Both the position numbers and the translations under genes were made by a program. The notes beneath the pieces are model-generated. The model had not been told where the DNA came from. It saw only the letters and a program-made list of their open reading frames with translations, and did no database searches. Below are positions 18,380-22,691 of a stretch of DNA of 22,691 nucleotides, piece by piece (within the stretch, counting starts at the first letter, position 1; the number at the start of each line of letters is the position of its first letter). The stretch lies in NCBI GenBank assembly GCA_000934665.2, contig JYFJ02001344.1, forward strand, positions 62,001-84,691. The letters are read 5' to 3'. The DNA comes from Catajapyx aquilonaris. Its lineage: Eukaryota.

Positions 18380-19580
18380 AATGGCATATTGGCAAAACCA
18401 CAATAACGTTCGTTGGCATGCAGTTGCCGATACACAACCCTCAATAAATGCTCAGCTCGTTATGTTCGCGATTAATCATCAAGGGCGACGCACTGTGCCT
18501 GGCAGGGCTACAAGCGGGCCCATCAGCTTATTATATTTTATCACATTGTGTTCCACCCTGTACTTTCTGGACGGAACAGAAAGAGGGCATTGGCTGGGAT
18601 TTCCATGGCAATTTGGCAAAGCCACAATAAGGTTCGTTGGCCGGCGGTGCACTCCTGCCACTTTCAGGGCAACCCATGGCATATTGGAAAATCCACAATA
18701 ACGTTTGTTGGCCTGCGGTGCACTCCTGCCACTTTCAGGGCAACCCATGGCATATTGGAAAATCCACAATAACGTTTGTTGGCCTGCCGTGCACTCCTGC
18801 CACTTTCAGGGCATCCCATGGCAAATTGGAAAATCCACAATAACGTTTGTTGGCATGCGGTGCACTCCTTTCAGGGCAACCCATGGCATATGGGAAAATC
18901 CACAATAACGTTTGTTGGCCTGCGGTGCACTCCTGACACTGTCATGGCATCCCATGGCAAATGGGAAAATCCACAATAACGTTTGTTGGCCTGCGGTGCA
19001 CTCCTTTCAGGGCAACCCATGGCATATGGGAAAATCCACAATAACGTTTGTTGGCCTGCGGTGCACTCCTGCCACTGTTAGGCCATCACATGGCATATTG
19101 GTAACGCAACAATAACGTTTGTTTCGGTAATGCTGCGGATTCACAGCCCACAACAGCTCGCTACACTCGCAATTAATCATCGGACGCGACGTACCGTGCC
19201 TGGCAGGGACACAAGTGAGCCGATTAGCTCATTATATTCCATTACATTGTGCTCCACCCTGTACTTTCTGGCTGAGATGGTACACAGAGTGGGGGATTTC
19301 CATGGCAACGGGTTGCCATAGCAAATTGGCAAAGCCACAGTAACGTTCGTTGGCCTGCAGCGCACAAGACTGCCAGTAATGTTGTGGATATACACAGCCC
19401 ACAATATTAAAGCGCTCAGCTCGCTACACTCGTATCTAGCGCGACGTACCGTGCATGTCAGGGCCACATCCTATTAGCTGATGACCGTTTCATTACATTG
19501 TCGTGCACCCTGTACTTTCTGACTAGATGTAACAGAGAGAAGAGCATTGGCTTGGGGGGGGGCGAATGGAAATCCCATGA
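18380..19580 (+). repeat. Nested tandem repeat: three ~225-bp units enclosing a seven-unit 71/65-bp array (18622-19106)
   Basis: ccacaataacg-like starts at 18398, 18622, 18693, 18764, 18835, 18900, 18971, 19036, ~19107 and 19335. The long units share cgcgacgtaccgtgcc..cattacattgtg..caccctgtactttctg. Confidence 0.9.
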
Positions 19581-20258
19581 TGCAGCTTCTGAGCGGGTAC
19601 CAAACCTCCATCGGAAGTGGATATCCGGAAAGTAGATGGAAATATTCTCCCTGGCATTTCCCCCCCTCCCCGCTCCTCCATCCCCTCCTCCCTTATACCT
19701 CTCCCCGCTTCCCTCCATCTGCTACTTCGCCACTCGCTGGAGTCGTACGGAAATGCAACTGCAGAATGGTCATGATTTATTCCGCAGACACCCGCCGCAG
19801 CCCAAACCCTCTTTATTCTGCTTCTCCCCCAGAAAAAAAAAGTGGGGGAAGGCGGGGAGGATGGGGGTGTCCGCGCGGAATTGCCAAAACTCGCTGCGGA
19901 TATCGCCCTGTGTGGTAGTATACACCGCCAGATATGTAAATAAAATATTTGCAAGTATACAGGGTGGAAGAGGGTGGGGGTGATGCACTCTCAAGTCCAC
20001 AGGATGAGAGTTATGGATTGTTTACCTCTACAGAGAGATTGTTGCTGCTTGAGGGACAATATTTCGGGATTTTAAAATCTACATTTTTAAAATTGGAAAT
20101 AATTGCATTTAAAATTTAATATTTAAACCAGATGAAACAAATTTTTGAATGGTAATAAAAATTAATATAATCAATAATGTCATTTAAATTTAAAATAATT
20201 GACAATTTCATTGAAATTAAAGTGTGAAATAATCAGCAGTTTAATAATTAAGGCTTAA

Positions 20259-20534
20259 TCGGGGAGATGAAGTGGCGTCGCGGTAACGCTTGCGCCCACG
20301 GATATGAAGGTCCCGGGTTCAATCCCCACCCGGTGTTCCCACCTTTATCCGTGCAGAGTTGGGCCATCTCTGGCTTCATTTCGGGTGGCAATTTCCGACA
20401 GACTAAGCCACCCGGGGGAGTTCACAAAATGACCGTTAGAGACATTGCACTTGCACTTTGCACATCCCCTCCCACCCACCCTTGGAGTACACTAATAAGA
20501 TCCATCTTAATGGTGGTAATCCACCCCCCCCCCC
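20259..20534 (+). mobile_element. tRNA-derived SINE, 276 bp, 10-bp TSD TAAGGCTTAA, poly(C) 3' tail
   Basis: A box TGGCGTCGCGG (20273-20283), B box GGTTCAATCCC (20316-20326), residual D-stem GCGT/ACGC, and direct repeats at 20249-20258 and 20535-20544. It forms a GC-rich island in very AT-rich DNA. Confidence 0.85.
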
Positions 20535-20734
20535 TAAGGCTTAAATTAAAATACAATGAGCAATTGAATTATAATTAATATAAATCTCTAAATTTTAATG
20601 AAAAATTAAAATGCAATTGACAATTTTAAAATTAAAATGAAAAATAGTCAGCGATTTAATTAAGATTTTTGGCAAAATATAACGAACAGTTTCATTTAAA
20701 ATTAAATTAACATTTTAAAATTAATTTAAAATTA

Positions 20735-20885
20735 AGATTTTAAGATGAATTTAAAATTAACATTTTAAGATAAATTTAAAATTAACATTTTAAGATGAAT
20801 TTAAAATTAACATTTTAAGATAAATTTAAAATTAACATTTTAAGATAAATTTAAAATTAACATTTTAAGATAAATTTAAAATTAA
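20735..20885 (+). repeat. 25-bp AT-rich minisatellite (~6 copies)
   Basis: cattttaagat(a/g)aatttaaaattaa at 20761, 20786, 20811, 20836 and 20861. Confidence 0.9.
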
Positions 20886-21105
20886 AATTCAATTAAATAT
20901 TTTAATAATTTAATAAATATTTAACATTAACTTAAAATTCAATTAAATATTTTAATAATTTAATAAATATTTAAGATAAATATAATCGATAATTCAATTA
21001 AATATTTTAATAATTTAATAAATATTTAAGATAAATATAATCGATAATTCAATTAAATATTTTAATAATTTAATAAATATTTAAGATAAATATAGTCGAT
21101 AATTA
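20886..21105 (+). repeat. 50-55-bp AT-rich tandem repeat, 4 copies
   Basis: aattcaattaaatattttaataatttaataaatatttaa.. at 20886, 20936, 20991 and 21046. Confidence 0.9.
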
Positions 21106-22184
21106 AATTTCAAGTTAAATTGAAAAATAGTTAACGACTTAATTAAAATTTTCCCTAAAATATATTTAACAATTAAATCGAATCTCAAAATTAAATTTCT
21201 GTTTGAAACAAAAATGGTCTCCTACTCGATGCGGACAATTTGCACAAAATATTGTCTTGGGATTATTTTTTTTCTTCAAATTTTGCACATCCTCATGTTG
21301 CGGAAGCGGATACAGTAACGGAAGATTTTGCAGGATGTTACTCTGGAAGATGTGTGTAGATGAATTTTGTGTTGTAAAATGATACATCTGCAAGGAGTAA
21401 TTAACTAGGTTGTTAGCAGATTAGCTGAACCGGTTTGTAACTGCTAGTCAAGGTTGGGAGGCTGTTAATTACACTTATTACAACATGCAAAAAAATATTT
21501 TTTTCCCCATCTTTTGCATATGAAGCTGAACCAGCTCTAAATGACTGTAATATTTTAAAATATCTGGATGGTATTTATTCTGCCAGACAATTATAGTTAC
21601 GTAAAGCTTTTCATTATGATAATGCACACATCAGCTGGATTCGGAGCATGAAATCTTGCATCTATTTGTCAAGCAGCTGTTACTCGCATTATAATTATTA
21701 TGTAATTATTATTCTCTCGCTTATTATACGTGAAGCTTTTCTCATGTGAAAAACCGCCCGTACGTACACCTTTTAAAATAATATAACTCATTAAAATATT
21801 CATTTTAGTTATCAAAATGTTTGTTACCAGCTGCTTACTATAACATGTCACATTTAAGCGGTTAATTGCAGCATAAAAGTAGCCTATATTAGCTGGTAAT
21901 ATCAGGTCAATTTGATCCGCGATCCGGACTCTGAATCGCATTCAATTTGCGATCGGCAATAATGGTCCCACTGACCTAGATCTGCCACCTAGATCCGAAT
22001 AACCTAGAACTAGATCCTACTATTATCAGCTCATATCTTTGACACCTCTAAAAGTAGGCTATCCATCCTGAAATAATTACCGTACATGAAAAATAAAATA
22101 GTTAAATGCCAAATATGCCAAGAGCTATTTGATTATTTGATAGTAGTCTAGTAGCTGTTTAACAGAGTCTTCTTGGTATGATAG

Positions 22185-22492
22185 ATGCTTAGTAGAGACA
22201 TCTTATGAGATGTTTAGTAGAGCGACCTTAGTAGATGTTTAGTAGAGCTATTTGTTAGTAGTAAAGGTTTAGTAGAGCCATCTTAGTAGATGTTTAGTAG
22301 AGCTATTTGTTAGTAGTAAATGTTTAGTAGAGCTATTTGTTAGTAGTAAATGTTTAGTAGAGCTATTTGTTAGTAGTAAATGTTTAGTAGAGCTATTTGT
22401 TAGTAGTAAATGTTTAGTAGAGCTATTTGTTAGTAGTAAATGTTTAGTAGAGCCATCTTAGTAGATGTTTAGTAGAGCTATTTGTTAGTAGT
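22185..22492 (+). repeat. 30-bp TAGTAG-rich satellite, same family as 14255-15180
   Basis: Five perfect copies of tgtttagtagagctatttgttagtagtaaa at 22291-22440, flanked by shorter variant units. Confidence 0.92.
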
Positions 22493-22691
22493 ATTATTTT
22501 TTATTTATTTTTATTATTTATTTTATTTTCCTACCCCGTACTCAGGCGTGCGCCTGTATTGGGGGACACATACACACTCTCTTTTTTTTACAGATTACTT
22601 TTGTAGTTACAAATTTGGCAAATTATCAGATGTTTAGAGGTTTCCGGATTACATTGAAAAGTTGATTCTTTTATTTACATTGTGAAAAAAA

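Noticed and set aside
18380..19580. CRISPR-like appearance and repeated peptide ORFs (MAYWKIHNNVCWP...)
   Set aside because: Units repeat over their whole length with no unique spacers. The 71/65-bp periods are not multiples of 3. No cas genes, and the context is eukaryotic.
19458..20000. Overlapping ORFs in a C-rich/G-rich tract
   Set aside because: Low-complexity purine/pyrimidine-skewed sequence with no consistent frame or homology.
20261..20335. Functional tRNA gene
   Set aside because: A and B boxes are present, but the anticodon and acceptor stems do not pair. It is the head of a TSD-flanked SINE.
22594..22640. Next exon of the unidentified gene after the acceptor ttttttttacag
   Set aside because: In the phase needed to follow 16162 it reaches TAG within four codons, so it cannot be supported.

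Overview
This is eukaryotic genomic DNA, probably from an arthropod-like invertebrate: exons are GC-rich, many introns are about 50-65 nt GT-AG, and spacers are AT-rich. The left 12.3 kb is a compact cluster of four spliced housekeeping genes, each rebuilt by hand with phase-consistent splice sites: KDSR (+, 5 exons), FKRP (-, 6 exons), PMF1/Nnf1 (+, 3 exons) and PRRC1 (+, 5 exons). The right 10 kb appears to hold the first coding exons of a larger unidentified gene, with intronic satellites and a tRNA-derived SINE that ends in poly(C). The most striking feature lies between FKRP and PMF1: two ~370-bp non-coding mobile elements with 8-bp target-site duplications, each almost entirely one ~290-bp hairpin. 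The two copies differ by ~25% in the arm, yet each keeps near-perfect arm complementarity. Their central asymmetric bubble is inverted between copies (flip/flop) while the unique ends point the same way. Both sit inside a second, foldback-like repeat. All calls come from reading the sequence and from recalled family features; no searches were run.
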